Shown piece by piece: positions 19,598 to 30,322 of a stretch of 64,000 bases of DNA. The position numbers and the translations under genes were made by a program. Each line of letters begins with the position of its first letter. Positions within the stretch are counted from its first letter, which is position 1. Origin of the DNA: Nitrospinaceae bacterium (lineage in GTDB: Bacteria; Nitrospinota; Nitrospinia; Nitrospinales; Nitrospinaceae). The notes under the pieces were generated by a model that was not told the DNA's origin, ran no database searches, and worked only from the letters and a program-made list of their open reading frames with translations. The stretch is taken from NCBI GenBank assembly GCA_965223665.1, contig OZ245011.1, positions 3,424,001-3,488,000 of the forward strand. The letters run 5' to 3'.

Positions 19598-21691
19598 TCA
19601 TTGGTTTTCTATAGGTTGCCGATAGTCATTCAGTAATTTCTCTAAATTATCAATAGAAGTTACCGGGGCCAGGCAGGTACCGTGATGACAAACGTAGGCG
19701 GTGGCCTTTCCATCCAAGGCAGTTTTCCCTGCAAGGAGAGGGACTCGGTTTTTTTGTGAATCATCTTCCATGGAAAAAGCAAAAACTGCATTAGGGAAAA
19801 AACCTTTACGAATATAATTAAGCATTTTTTCTGTACTGGGGTGATTGCGCACCCCAATAATAGCGACCTCTTTTAAACCAGATAAATAAAGATGCAACCC
19901 TTGCATCATAAAAGCAGAGTTGAGACCGTATTCCATTAAGTCGTCATAAAAGGCGAGAAACACCTTTTCGGCTCTACGCTCAAATTCTGGATTTAGATGA
20001 TATGCAGCTAGTTTTAACCAAGCCAATGCGGCGTTGCTATTTCCCGAAGGCTCTACACCATCGTATCCGGAAATTTGGCGAACAATGAGATTTTCTCCAT
20101 CATTAGCAGTTTCATAATAGGCTTTTTCAGAACTGAACTTTTCTTCAACGATATTCATTAGCACTAGAGCTTTATCAATATAGTCAGGATTATAAGTCGA
20201 TTCATACAATTCCAAACAGGCTACAGCAATCGAACTATAATCGAATAGATATCCATCGTAACGGGCTTCACCCTCTCTGAATCTGCGTAGAAGTTTTCCA
20301 TCTTTTGTTCGCAAGTTGGTCCAAATAAACTGAAGAGCTTTTTCCGCTTTCTCAATTCGCGAATTATCTCCTAGAACTCTTCCTACCTGAGCCATAGCCC
20401 GGATCATTAGCGCATTCCACGAAGTTAAAACTTTATCATCTAAGAAAGGGCGTATACGTTGGTTTCTGACATCCAAAAGTTTTTCCCGGGCTTTTGCCAC
20501 CTTTTCAATCACGAACTCTAGTGATAAACCTTGTTCCTTAGCAATTTTTTCAGGAGGACGTGTTAAATGTAAAATATTTTTCCGTTCCCAATTGCCTGAG
20601 GCAGTAACATTATAAAAAGGGATGGCAATACTTGCTTCATTACGGGTGAGGATTTTTTCAATTTCCTCTTTGGTCCAAACATAAAACTTTCCTTCAACTC
20701 CTTCGCTATCAGCGTCCTCTGCGCTATAAAATGCTCCTTCTTCAGATGTCATATCACGATCAATATAGGTTAGTACATCATTAGCAAAATCTGCAAAATC
20801 GGGGTTATTTGTAACCTGAAAAGTTTCAATTAATGAAGTAACGAATAGTGAATTATCGTAAAGCATTTTTTCAAAATGCGGAACCAGCCAATGAAAATCG
20901 GTGCTATACCGCGCTAATCCTCCACCAATTTGGTCATAAATCCCACCATACTTCATAGCTCTAAGTGTATTTTTAACCATTTCTAAGCTATGTTTGTCGC
21001 CAGTTCTATGGTGATGTCTTAAAAGCAAGGATAATCCCATTGAAGGGGGAAATTTGTTTTGTGTTTGAAATTTAAACCCATGATTTAAATTGTCGTAATG
21101 ATCACGATAAAGCTTTTGGGTTTTATCCTCACCTGAAAAACTCAGGGATTCTAAAGACCCTGTCTGTTCCTGCTGATTTGTACTCTTTAAATATTCAATT
21201 AAGGAGGTACTCTGTTTAGTGACTTTTTCAGGTTCTGTTTCCCAGGTTTTATTAATAAACTTTAAGACGTCTAAAAAGGAAGGGAGGTTATACCGGCTGA
21301 CGGGAGGAAAGTAAGTTCCTCCATAAAAAGGAATTCCTTCAGGAGTTACAAAAACATTTAAAGGCCATCCTCCTTGTTGACCAAAAGCTTGAATGGATTT
21401 CATATAGATTCCATCAACATCCGGTCGTTCTTCTCTGTCGACTTTAATGGCAACAAAGTGATCGTTTAAAAATTTTGCGAGTTCTGGGTCTTCAAAGGAT
21501 TCTCGTTCCATTACATGACACCAATGGCAAGTTGCATAACCTATGCTTACTAAGAGAGGTTGGTTTTTTTCTTTTGCAATTTGAAAGGCTTTTTCCGCCC
21601 AGGGAAACCAATTGACAGGATTATGTGCATGTTGGAGTAAATAAGGACTTTTTTCGTGTATTAACTCATTAGTAAATATGTGATCACTCAT
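19598..21691 (-). CDS. Thioredoxin-domain protein, YyaL/SSP411 (DUF255) family
   Basis: [36 protein letters not shown] and [10 protein letters not shown]. Confidence 0.95.
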   Translation of the reverse strand: MSDHIFTNELIHEKSPYLLQHAHNPVNWFPWAEKAFQIAKEKNQPLLVSIGYATCHWCHVMERESFEDPELAKFLNDHFVAIKVDREERPDVDGIYMKSIQAFGQQGGWPLNVFVTPEGIPFYGGTYFPPVSRYNLPSFLDVLKFINKTWETEPEKVTKQSTSLIEYLKSTNQQEQTGSLESLSFSGEDKTQKLYRDHYDNLNHGFKFQTQNKFPPSMGLSLLLRHHHRTGDKHSLEMVKNTLRAMKYGGIYDQIGGGLARYSTDFHWLVPHFEKMLYDNSLFVTSLIETFQVTNNPDFADFANDVLTYIDRDMTSEEGAFYSAEDADSEGVEGKFYVWTKEEIEKILTRNEASIAIPFYNVTASGNWERKNILHLTRPPEKIAKEQGLSLEFVIEKVAKAREKLLDVRNQRIRPFLDDKVLTSWNALMIRAMAQVGRVLGDNSRIEKAEKALQFIWTNLRTKDGKLLRRFREGEARYDGYLFDYSSIAVACLELYESTYNPDYIDKALVLMNIVEEKFSSEKAYYETANDGENLIVRQISGYDGVEPSGNSNAALAWLKLAAYHLNPEFERRAEKVFLAFYDDLMEYGLNSAFMMQGLHLYLSGLKEVAIIGVRNHPSTEKMLNYIRKGFFPNAVFAFSMEDDSQKNRVPLLAGKTALDGKATAYVCHHGTCLAPVTSIDNLEKLLNDYRQPIENQ

Positions 21692-22943
21692 ATAGTTTTT
21701 CTAATTCCTCAAAAAAGCTGGGAAAGGATTTTTCTACGCATTTAGGATTTAAAATTCGAACACCAGGTAACTTTAACCCGGCAAGAGAAAAGCTCATAGC
21801 CATTCGATGATCATCATAAGTATTTATGTCAGTTCCTTTCAATGGACCCGGATGAATTACCAGGTAATCTTCACCGGTTTCGACTTGAGCTCCTAATCTT
21901 GTTAACTCTTTAGATAAAGCATCAATGCGATCGGTTTCTTTTATTCTTAAATTTCCTATATGAGTGATGGTAGTTTTACCCTCTGCAAATAGGGAAACTA
22001 CAGCCAAAGTTTGAACTACATCTGGCATTGAGTTCATATTTATATTAATTCCTTTTAGGCGGTGTCCACGAACTGTAATTTTTTCTGCAGAAACATCCAC
22101 GTCACAACCCATTTGTTTTAAGACGGAGGGAAAGCCAATATCCCCTTGTACGCTTTTAGGGTTGAGATTAGTTACAGAAACTTCTCCATCCGTAATTGCA
22201 GCTGCACCGAAAAAATAGGAAGCGCTTGAGGCATCTCCTTCAACAGAATAAGCTTTTGGTTGATATTTAATTCCTGCCGGGATTTTGAATTCCTGATATG
22301 ACTCATTTTTAACATTAACCCCAAAGGTTTTCATGATATCTAAAGTGATATCAATATATGGTTTAGAAGTTAGTTCACCAATAATTTTGATAGTTGTCGG
22401 GTTTTGAAAATAGGGAGCACACATTAGCAGCGAAGTTAAATATTGACTGCTTTTATTTCCGGCCAATTGGATAGCGCCCCCAAGAGGTTGGCCTCCATTA
22501 ATTTCCAAGGGAGGGCATTGATTATTTTTAATTGACTTGGCTTCTACATTTAATTGTTTTAAGCATTCCAACAAATCTTCTATAGGTCTTTCTTGCATTC
22601 TTTCATTGCCGGTGAGATGTGTGATACCTGGAGCCAAGGTGGAGAAAGTTGTAAGAAACCGCATGGTGGTTCCCGCATTTCCTACGAAAATTTCCTTTTC
22701 AGGAACTTGCAATTGACCTCCCTTTCCGTAAACAATTATTTCATCCTGGGATTCTGAAATTTCAATTCCGAATAGCTCTAACGCTGATTTCATATAACGG
22801 GTATCGTCACTAAAAAGAGGATTTTTTAAGTGAACAATTCCTTCGGCTAGGGCTGCAATAATGTAGGCTCGATTGGTATAACTTTTTGATGCAGGAACCT
22901 TAATGGATGCTTTAATTTTTGATGTGGGTCGGATTTCTATCAA
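21684..22943 (-). CDS. aroA: 3-phosphoshikimate 1-carboxyvinyltransferase
   Basis: [28 protein letters not shown] and DDHRMAM. Confidence 0.97.
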   Translation of the reverse strand: MIEIRPTSKIKASIKVPASKSYTNRAYIIAALAEGIVHLKNPLFSDDTRYMKSALELFGIEISESQDEIIVYGKGGQLQVPEKEIFVGNAGTTMRFLTTFSTLAPGITHLTGNERMQERPIEDLLECLKQLNVEAKSIKNNQCPPLEINGGQPLGGAIQLAGNKSSQYLTSLLMCAPYFQNPTTIKIIGELTSKPYIDITLDIMKTFGVNVKNESYQEFKIPAGIKYQPKAYSVEGDASSASYFFGAAAITDGEVSVTNLNPKSVQGDIGFPSVLKQMGCDVDVSAEKITVRGHRLKGININMNSMPDVVQTLAVVSLFAEGKTTITHIGNLRIKETDRIDALSKELTRLGAQVETGEDYLVIHPGPLKGTDINTYDDHRMAMSFSLAGLKLPGVRILNPKCVEKSFPSFFEELEKLYE

Positions 22944-23077
22944 AATGAGGCCTTATAAAATATTTAATTTAATTGAAAATTGAAAGAGGATTTTGTTGGG
23001 AATTTAAACAATTGGCTTTTATATCACCACCTTAAAAATAATTCAAACTGGTGAATAATCAGGCTAGTTAGAGTAAC

Positions 23078-23106
23078 TTGTTTCAAAGCAAGGGTTTTGA
23101 TATGAT
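23078..23106 (+). promoter_or_regulatory. Putative sigma70 promoter of the 23184-26737 gene run
   Basis: TTGTTT-17 nt-TATGAT with an extended -10 TG. Confidence 0.4.
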
Positions 23107-23183
23107 GATCCAAGATACTTCTAAGGTGGGCGTCCTTAAGCATTTGTTTTTATTGCTATTAGAGAGGGTTTGAGGCAAAGAAA

Positions 23184-23564
23184 ATGCTGGGTTCTATTAA
23201 ACAATGGTGGATTGGAAAATCTGAAAAAGAACAAAAGCGGATCAAGTCTTTTATCCCATTGGTACTTTATACTTTTGCATTTATTTATTTTGTAATTTAT
23301 TTATCCATTCTAAATTCAGTCAATCGTTATAAAGATGGATCTGTTGTCAAAAGCGGATTTGGGGGGGATAACGCAATAATTATTGAGATGCAAAAGCGTC
23401 AGGAAGAGGAAATCCAAAATAGCTTTAAATATTCACGCAAAAGAGTTTCAGGTGAGCTGGATCCTGAAACTATTGCGAAACTTAAGCAGAAAAAAGAAGA
23501 AACTCCTAAAAAATCCCAAATTGGAAACAAAAAAAATACAAATGGACAAGGTCCTAAACTTTGA
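23184..23564 (+). CDS. Hypothetical single-pass membrane protein
   Basis: One TM helix and a charged C-terminus; stop overlaps the next start. Confidence 0.7.
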   Translation: MLGSIKQWWIGKSEKEQKRIKSFIPLVLYTFAFIYFVIYLSILNSVNRYKDGSVVKSGFGGDNAIIIEMQKRQEEEIQNSFKYSRKRVSGELDPETIAKLKQKKEETPKKSQIGNKKNTNGQGPKL

Positions 23565-24091
23565 AGCGTTTAATTTACATTTCTAATTGGCTTTATTTAT
23601 TCTCATTAGCCCTTTGGGTAGGTGGAATGTTTTTGTTGGGAATATTAGTCGAAATAATTGTTCGCATAAAATTGAAAGAACAACCCCAAATGGCCAGCAA
23701 TATAATGAATGGAATTATGGACATTTTTAATGTCAAAATTATATATTGGTGCCTTGGCCTAATGGTGGTGGCAGTGGTAATAAAATGGTGGGTGGAAAAG
23801 AAACCCGGCACTGGTTTTCGCCAGGTGCAAGTAACAAAGCGACCTTATTTAAAAGAAATATTTTTAGGTATCATGATTGTTCTGGCTCTTTATATTGGAA
23901 GTATTTTGCGACCGCAAATGCATGAAATGGATCAACAGAAAAAAGCCAATCCCGAAAATATCAAATTACAAAAACAATTTGACAGTTATCATAGCCAGTT
24001 GACATGGTTGTATACAATCAACATGATTTTAGGGCTTTCCTTGTTTTATATTCATGGGAAGGAAATGACCCGATTCGAGGATAAATCCTAA
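23561..24091 (+). CDS. DUF4149-like four-TM membrane protein
   Basis: LWVGGM, four hydrophobic helices, F..YH motif near the C-terminus. Confidence 0.75.
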   Translation: MKRLIYISNWLYLFSLALWVGGMFLLGILVEIIVRIKLKEQPQMASNIMNGIMDIFNVKIIYWCLGLMVVAVVIKWWVEKKPGTGFRQVQVTKRPYLKEIFLGIMIVLALYIGSILRPQMHEMDQQKKANPENIKLQKQFDSYHSQLTWLYTINMILGLSLFYIHGKEMTRFEDKS

Positions 24092-24162
24092 TCTATTAAT
24101 TGAATTCAATGTTTGTTGGCACAATAATCAAGTTAATTAATGTATAACATTGCTATTGATAA

Positions 24163-25098
24163 ATGATTCATCGTGTCCACAAAATATTTCTCAAAGTTTT
24201 TGCAGCTTTAGTTTTTCCTCATTTAATTTTTGTAATACCGATTTCTGCAGAATTATCTCCACAAGATGCAAAATCAAAATTAGATCTTCACGAATATTCC
24301 GATATGGTCGAAATTTCCGAAGGTAAGTTTAAGATGGGTTTTAACTTTAAGGAGGTTTCTAAAGTTTTAAAATGGTGCCAAAAAGTTGATAAAAAATGTG
24401 TTCGTTGGTGGTTCAAGGATGCATTCCCTTCCCGGTTGGTATATTTGGATTCTTATTGGATTGATATTTATGAAGTGACAAATGAAAAATATAGAGAATT
24501 CGTATTAGCGACTGGACATCGTCCAGCCTTAGATAGCTCTTGTAAGTCCGACAAGTGTTGGGAAAATAACCTTTGGAAAGGAAATGATTTTCATAAAGAT
24601 GTTCGGTTGCAGCCCGTAACCCAAGTCAGTTGGTTTGATGCCGATGCTTATTGTAAATGGCGTGGCAAGCGGCTTCCTACGGAAGCGGAATGGGAAAAAG
24701 CTGCAAGAGGACCCACAGGGAATATGTTTCCCTGGGGAAATGATATGCCACCTGGTCGAGCAACCTACAGGAGAAAATGGCGAGGTATTCATACCATGAC
24801 AGATGTGGGCTCATATCCTACAGGAGTTTCTATTTATGGGGTTCATGATATGGCCGGAAATGTATGGGAGTGGGTAGCAGATTGGTATGATCATAAATAT
24901 TATCAAAAAAAAATAAATAAAAACCCAAAGGGTCCAGAAAATGGAGAACTAAAAGTAGTTCGTGGGGGCTCTTGGGTAAATTTTAAAGATTCCTTGCTTA
25001 GTGCTTTTAGGCGTTGGACTCGCCCCGAGGAAAGGTATAGTGACACTGGTTTTCGATGTGCCAAGGACCCAATAAATGAAACAAAAACGGACGGATAA
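24163..25098 (+). CDS. Exported FGE-sulfatase (SUMF1/EgtB/PvdO) domain protein
   Basis: YEVTN, RLPTEAEWEKAARG, DMAGNVWEW, RGGSW and GFRCA; N-terminal signal-like segment. Confidence 0.92.
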   Translation: MIHRVHKIFLKVFAALVFPHLIFVIPISAELSPQDAKSKLDLHEYSDMVEISEGKFKMGFNFKEVSKVLKWCQKVDKKCVRWWFKDAFPSRLVYLDSYWIDIYEVTNEKYREFVLATGHRPALDSSCKSDKCWENNLWKGNDFHKDVRLQPVTQVSWFDADAYCKWRGKRLPTEAEWEKAARGPTGNMFPWGNDMPPGRATYRRKWRGIHTMTDVGSYPTGVSIYGVHDMAGNVWEWVADWYDHKYYQKKINKNPKGPENGELKVVRGGSWVNFKDSLLSAFRRWTRPEERYSDTGFRCAKDPINETKTDG

Positions 25099-26737
25099 AT
25101 TAAGCGATCGAGAAAAAGAAATCCTTGCTCCTTTTTTAACGGATGTTGAGGCAAAGGTGTTCTCCCTGAAAAACCTGAACCCTGAGGTTATTGGGGCAGC
25201 TTTGGCTCGTTACAGCCGTGCCCCTACTGGGTTTAAAGAAACTGTTGCACGGGAATTTTTAAATTCTGATGGAACTCCTAATGAAGTGAAAGGGAGTGAA
25301 ATGATTGACCGCGTGGTTAACAAATTTGGCGATGAGTCTGTAGCGGAATTGGCGGTTTCACCTTTGTGTATAGAAGAAGTTTCTAACCTGATGACAAAGA
25401 TTATTGAGGATTGTCGTATTGGAGGTTCTCCAATTGAAGAGTCGACACGATATGTTCTTTACGATCAAAAACGGGATGGACGGTGGCGTTATGTAAGACC
25501 TATCAATATTATGGAATCTGGTCTGGGAAAAAAGTATGTTCAAACCATGGATTTTATTTTCGAAACTTATGCATCCATGGTGGAGCCCATGCAGGACTTG
25601 TTTAGAAAGCGATTGCCGGGTAATGATTTTAAGATTGAGGTCGACAGATCTAATGGAAGGGTTCAAGCAGGGGAGGGTGATCTTCAAAATGATAACGAAA
25701 GAAAAGCGCATCGAATTGCATACAGTTTTACCATTCGAAGTGCTGCTTGTGATGTTATTCGTTGTATTTTACCAGCATCCACCCAGGCAAATATGGGGAT
25801 TGTAGGTAATGGAAGATTTTTTTCCGGTTTGATTTCTAAATTATTGACCCAGGATTTAAGAGAAGCAAACGATCTTGCAGGAAAAATTCAGGAAGCATTA
25901 AACCACCAGATACCCACATTTATTAAACGGGCTCAAAAAAACGAATATGTCTCTAAGGTTCAAAGGGAAATGCATATTTTTTGTAGCGAATTATTTGCTT
26001 CAGAAAGTATTGATCCCTCACCGGAAGTGGAACTATTAGACGATAATCCTCAGGATTATTGGGTAAATCTTTTGGCATCCATGATTTTCCCTTACGTGCA
26101 ACACTCCTCAAACCAAATTCGCCGCGTTGTGGAAAAAATTTCAGAAGAGAAACGTAAAGAAATTTTTAGCACTTATTTAGGTGAACGTGAGACCAAGAGA
26201 GATCGTCCCGGAAGAGCTTTTGAGTATGGGTACCCGATTAATTTTGACATCATTGCCGGTTTCGCTGAATACAGAGACTTGCAAAGGCATCGAATGCTGA
26301 CCCAGCAACGACAAGATATGGGAGTTTTGCTGGGTTATTCGATTCCGGAGGAAATCAGTGAAATAGGTTTTGAAAAACAAGTGCAGGAATGTTTTGAGAA
26401 ATCAGAATTACTTTATCATGATTTGATACGTGCGGGTTTAAGGCAGGAGGCGCAATATGCTTCTTTATTTAACCATTTAATTCGCTGGAATATGGGAATG
26501 AACCTCAGGGAACTAGGGCACTTTACAGAATTAAGAACCCAAAAGGCCGGGCATCCCAAATACCGAAGGGTTTGTCAAACCATGGCTAAGGTATATTTAA
26601 AGCGTCATCCCGAAATGGAACCTGTTTTACGATATGTTGATTACCAAGACTATGACCAGGGTATCACCCGCGCCGAACAAGAAGCCAGGACAGCACGAAA
26701 AAGCTTAGCCTCGGGTGTTTTTGACGACATGGATTAG
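25076..26737 (+). CDS. thyX: FAD-dependent thymidylate synthase, long two-domain form
   Basis: ARYSR, GDESVAEL, EESTRY, YRDLQRHR and ELRT...GH..YR motifs; 553 aa. Confidence 0.85.
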   Translation: MKQKRTDKLSDREKEILAPFLTDVEAKVFSLKNLNPEVIGAALARYSRAPTGFKETVAREFLNSDGTPNEVKGSEMIDRVVNKFGDESVAELAVSPLCIEEVSNLMTKIIEDCRIGGSPIEESTRYVLYDQKRDGRWRYVRPINIMESGLGKKYVQTMDFIFETYASMVEPMQDLFRKRLPGNDFKIEVDRSNGRVQAGEGDLQNDNERKAHRIAYSFTIRSAACDVIRCILPASTQANMGIVGNGRFFSGLISKLLTQDLREANDLAGKIQEALNHQIPTFIKRAQKNEYVSKVQREMHIFCSELFASESIDPSPEVELLDDNPQDYWVNLLASMIFPYVQHSSNQIRRVVEKISEEKRKEIFSTYLGERETKRDRPGRAFEYGYPINFDIIAGFAEYRDLQRHRMLTQQRQDMGVLLGYSIPEEISEIGFEKQVQECFEKSELLYHDLIRAGLRQEAQYASLFNHLIRWNMGMNLRELGHFTELRTQKAGHPKYRRVCQTMAKVYLKRHPEMEPVLRYVDYQDYDQGITRAEQEARTARKSLASGVFDDMD

Positions 26738-27084
26738 TATTGAGAATTTATAGTCAATAAATCATCCAATAAGCTTAGAGTCCATATGATTGCAAGCCTA
26801 GGCAAAATCAGAAATAAACCTAGGGTATTAACTTTGCCATTGTTTCTTTAAAGATTATTTTTTTTCGTATTTTGGAAGTAGAGATTTTTTAAATGCGAAT
26901 AACCTGTTTAACCCACCATGCCAAAAATTTTAATTTTTTCAAATTTATAAATCGTCTCAAAACTAATTGAATACGCACTCAAAATGAGTTAACCTTTTTA
27001 ATGAGCATGATTTATTTATAAAGTCCTTTGGCGCAAACTACCCCATTAATAAAATTATTTTTACCTTAGAAAATTTTTAGGAAT

Positions 27085-28023
27085 TTGAAAATAATGAGTT
27101 TGATTCAAGTTCAAAATCTTACATTTGAATATCCTGGGCATCGGGCTTTAAATGATGTGTCATTCACCATAGAAGAGGGGACAGTGACAGCTCTTGTGGG
27201 TCCCAATGGAGCAGGTAAAACAACATTGATGAATTGTTTGGCCGCTTTAGACCAGCCTGTGTTGGGAAGAATTCAAGTAGAAGGAATTTCTGTGTTGGAT
27301 GAACCTCGAAAATGTCATGAAGTGATTGGTTACCTTCCCGATTTTTTTGGCTTATATGAAGAGCTTACTGTGGAGCAGTGTCTCGCTTATATGGCAATGG
27401 CCCAGGGAATCCCTTTATCCCAAACCGGTCAGGCAATCCAGAAAACAGCACAACGAGTACAATTACTTAAACGATTAGGACAAAAAGCAGGAGAACTTTC
27501 TCGAGGACTCCGTCAGCGATTAGCCATTGGTCAAGCTATAATACACGACCCAAAAATTATACTTCTTGATGAACCGGCCTCTGGTCTAGACCCGGAGGCG
27601 CGATTTCATCTTTCTGAGTTAATTGTGGAATTACATCAACTAGGAAAATCCTTATTGGTGTCTTCGCATATTCTTTCGGAACTAGAGGATTATTCTACTC
27701 ATATAATGGTTATTAAAGACGGAGAGTTAAAGGAACACTCCTCCATTCAGAAAAATGGAAGTTTATCAGAAAATAAAATGGTGATTACCTTGTCCCACCC
27801 AATAGACCGATTCGAAGAGTACCTTCAATCAATAGAGTCTATTCAACAATTACATATTAAACCAACTCAAGCCACATTTAAGTTTAAGGGAAATTTGGAG
27901 GACCAACATCAATTACTTCGAAAATTATTAAATATAGGTTTGCCAGTATGCTCTTTTGAAGTTCGGAATAAAAACCTTCAAGAGTCCTATCTTGAAAAAT
28001 TTGGAGGAGAGTTGCATGATTGA
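27085..28023 (+). CDS. ABC transporter ATP-binding protein
   Basis: GPNGAGKTT, LSRG, LLDEPASGLDP and SSHIL. Confidence 0.95.
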   Translation: MKIMSLIQVQNLTFEYPGHRALNDVSFTIEEGTVTALVGPNGAGKTTLMNCLAALDQPVLGRIQVEGISVLDEPRKCHEVIGYLPDFFGLYEELTVEQCLAYMAMAQGIPLSQTGQAIQKTAQRVQLLKRLGQKAGELSRGLRQRLAIGQAIIHDPKIILLDEPASGLDPEARFHLSELIVELHQLGKSLLVSSHILSELEDYSTHIMVIKDGELKEHSSIQKNGSLSENKMVITLSHPIDRFEEYLQSIESIQQLHIKPTQATFKFKGNLEDQHQLLRKLLNIGLPVCSFEVRNKNLQESYLEKFGGELHD

Positions 28024-29419
28024 CAATCCTGAACTAAGAAAAAATATTTGGATGGAAGTCACTCGCCATCGTCTAATTTTAACCTCTGTAATTTTAGGAG
28101 TTATTTTTTATGTTGCTTTAATTTCAGAGGGAAAAGAGACCATATTGGGCGTTATTAAATTCGTTTTTTTACTTGGTGTTGTTTTTTGGGGGGGGTTGCT
28201 TGCTGAAATGTCTCTAGTTCGAGAAGTTCAAAGGAATACATGGCCACTTCAGAGAATGACTTCCATTCAACCATGGACTATGACTTGGGGAAAATTAATT
28301 GGTGGAACTATATGGGCCTGGTTTGTGGGTTTTTGGGTGTTTTTGTTTATGATCATGGTTTATGTTTTTTCACCGGATTCATTTTTCCAATCAAATAGTT
28401 CAAGTAATTGGATATTATTTCAAGGGGGATTATTCCCAGCTATTGCTTTTCTCATTGGATTAGCCATTTTGAATCACGCTCTGTGTTTGTTGATAGGGTT
28501 TGGTCCCATGCAAATGAAGTTTTTTAAATCATTGAAAGTTTGGTTTGGAGCATCTTTGGTAATTAGTGGAATAGTCATCACTAGCAAATTGGGAATATTT
28601 TTCAAATTATATGGTAGGAACATAACATTAAATTGGTACTCGTGGAACTTTCAAAGTATTTACTTTTATTTAGCAGAAATATGGTTTTTAGCTGGTTGGG
28701 CAATAATGGGTGTTTATATGCAAATGCGAAAAGAATTTCAAATGCAAAATTCACCTTGGCCCTGGATTGTATTTTTAATATTTATCTCTATTTATGTAAT
28801 GGGATTTTATGAGGGATTGATACGAATTTCTCAAGGGACCCAATATATAAGGTCATTAATGGAAAGCTCCGATTTATGGATCAATCGTTTCTACCGTGGG
28901 TGGATTGTAGTTGTTATTGCTACTTATGCGATTATTATTTGGCAACCTCCAAATCGACCAGTGTTTAACAAACTAACAGTGTATTTTCAGAAAAAAAAGT
29001 TACGTCAATTTTTTAACGAAATTCCTAGATGGATATTCTCCTTAATAATCGTCCTGTTATACTTCGTAATTATTTTTGCTTATCATATTAAGACAGGGGG
29101 TAATATTTATCTAAAGAACCAACCTGCTAATACTTTAAGTATTGTTGGGAGTATGACAGGGTTTTTAATTCGTGATCTCGGTATTATAGTCTTTTTTTGT
29201 TTATCTAAAGATCACCAAAGAGCGTTAACAACGGCAATTGTTTATTTAGCCATATTGTATTTTTTATTTCCTTTAATAGTATCTATCTTAAAAATAGAAT
29301 CCTTAAAACCTCTATTTTTGCCAGATAATAAATCCCAAATCCCGTATGCCGTTTTTGCTGCTTGGATTGAAGCAATTCTTATTTGGGTATTTGTTCGAAA
29401 AAGGTGGATTGAGGGTTGA
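28016..29419 (+). CDS. ABC-2 type permease-like polytopic membrane protein
   Basis: Multiple TM helices, E..RNTW...GKL motif, GGAGGAG SD before ATG 28016, overlaps the ATPase gene. Confidence 0.8.
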   Translation: MIDNPELRKNIWMEVTRHRLILTSVILGVIFYVALISEGKETILGVIKFVFLLGVVFWGGLLAEMSLVREVQRNTWPLQRMTSIQPWTMTWGKLIGGTIWAWFVGFWVFLFMIMVYVFSPDSFFQSNSSSNWILFQGGLFPAIAFLIGLAILNHALCLLIGFGPMQMKFFKSLKVWFGASLVISGIVITSKLGIFFKLYGRNITLNWYSWNFQSIYFYLAEIWFLAGWAIMGVYMQMRKEFQMQNSPWPWIVFLIFISIYVMGFYEGLIRISQGTQYIRSLMESSDLWINRFYRGWIVVVIATYAIIIWQPPNRPVFNKLTVYFQKKKLRQFFNEIPRWIFSLIIVLLYFVIIFAYHIKTGGNIYLKNQPANTLSIVGSMTGFLIRDLGIIVFFCLSKDHQRALTTAIVYLAILYFLFPLIVSILKIESLKPLFLPDNKSQIPYAVFAAWIEAILIWVFVRKRWIEG

Positions 29420-29476
29420 AAATAACCCAGGATCAGAATGGAATTTTTTCTTTAGAAAATTTAGGAAAAGAATGGA

Positions 29477-30298
29477 TTAAGTGGCGAGAGCTGTAAGGCG
29501 GAGCCAACACATGCCCTTAGGGCGGTGTTCATTAATAATAAACTCCTGGTCCTGCGGAGAAGCATTTTTTAAGATTTCATATTTGTGAATAGGGATTGGA
29601 TGATCGTACACGATTTCAATTTTGTGAGTGTCTAGAAACCGTTCAATCAAAGTCTGGGTAATGCCCTCTTCTACACAATCATGAGTTTCTACTATAAGGT
29701 CAGAGTATTGCAAGGTTTTAGCTCCTTCCATATCCAGTAAACTTTTCTCACCACCTTCAATATCACAAATAATAAGGGTGTTTTTTCCTGCATGAATATT
29801 TAACTCTGTTTGCGAGCACTCACCTTTGATTTCAATTCGACTTGCCACTCCATTCATATGAGAAAGGTCCTGACAGAGTAATTGAGCTTTTTCGTTATGA
29901 TCATAAGCTAAAACTTTTAAATCAGGCATTCTATAAGCTAATCCCACTGCATAATATCCCTCAGCGCAACCAATGACGATAGCTTTTGAATAGGATTTTT
30001 TAAAAGCATCCACAAACCAGGGCTGAATTGGATGTTCATAACAACCGGTGATTTTTGGAAGAAGGCGGCTTCCATGAGCCTGGCTGAGGTACTTCATTCC
30101 TTCAAAGGGCCCATGATGAACACAGGTATTGTCATTAAATATCTTTTTTAATATGTTGGATTCACGCTGGGATCGAGTCGTTTCGAGGGCTTGAATTTTC
30201 CTTTTATATTGAGGAGTGAGTTGGTATCCATAAGACAATAGTTTATAAATATTGGGAATTGATTTCCGAAGAGACTCCTTTATTTCCTGATTATCCAT
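29477..30298 (-). CDS. Class I SAM-dependent methyltransferase-like protein (FkbM-like)
   Basis: IGCAEGYY, LIICDIEGGE and LIVETHD. Confidence 0.7.
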   Translation of the reverse strand: MDNQEIKESLRKSIPNIYKLLSYGYQLTPQYKRKIQALETTRSQRESNILKKIFNDNTCVHHGPFEGMKYLSQAHGSRLLPKITGCYEHPIQPWFVDAFKKSYSKAIVIGCAEGYYAVGLAYRMPDLKVLAYDHNEKAQLLCQDLSHMNGVASRIEIKGECSQTELNIHAGKNTLIICDIEGGEKSLLDMEGAKTLQYSDLIVETHDCVEEGITQTLIERFLDTHKIEIVYDHPIPIHKYEILKNASPQDQEFIINEHRPKGMCWLRLTALAT

Positions 30299-30322
30299 AA
30301 GCTACTGAATTATAGTTTGACT

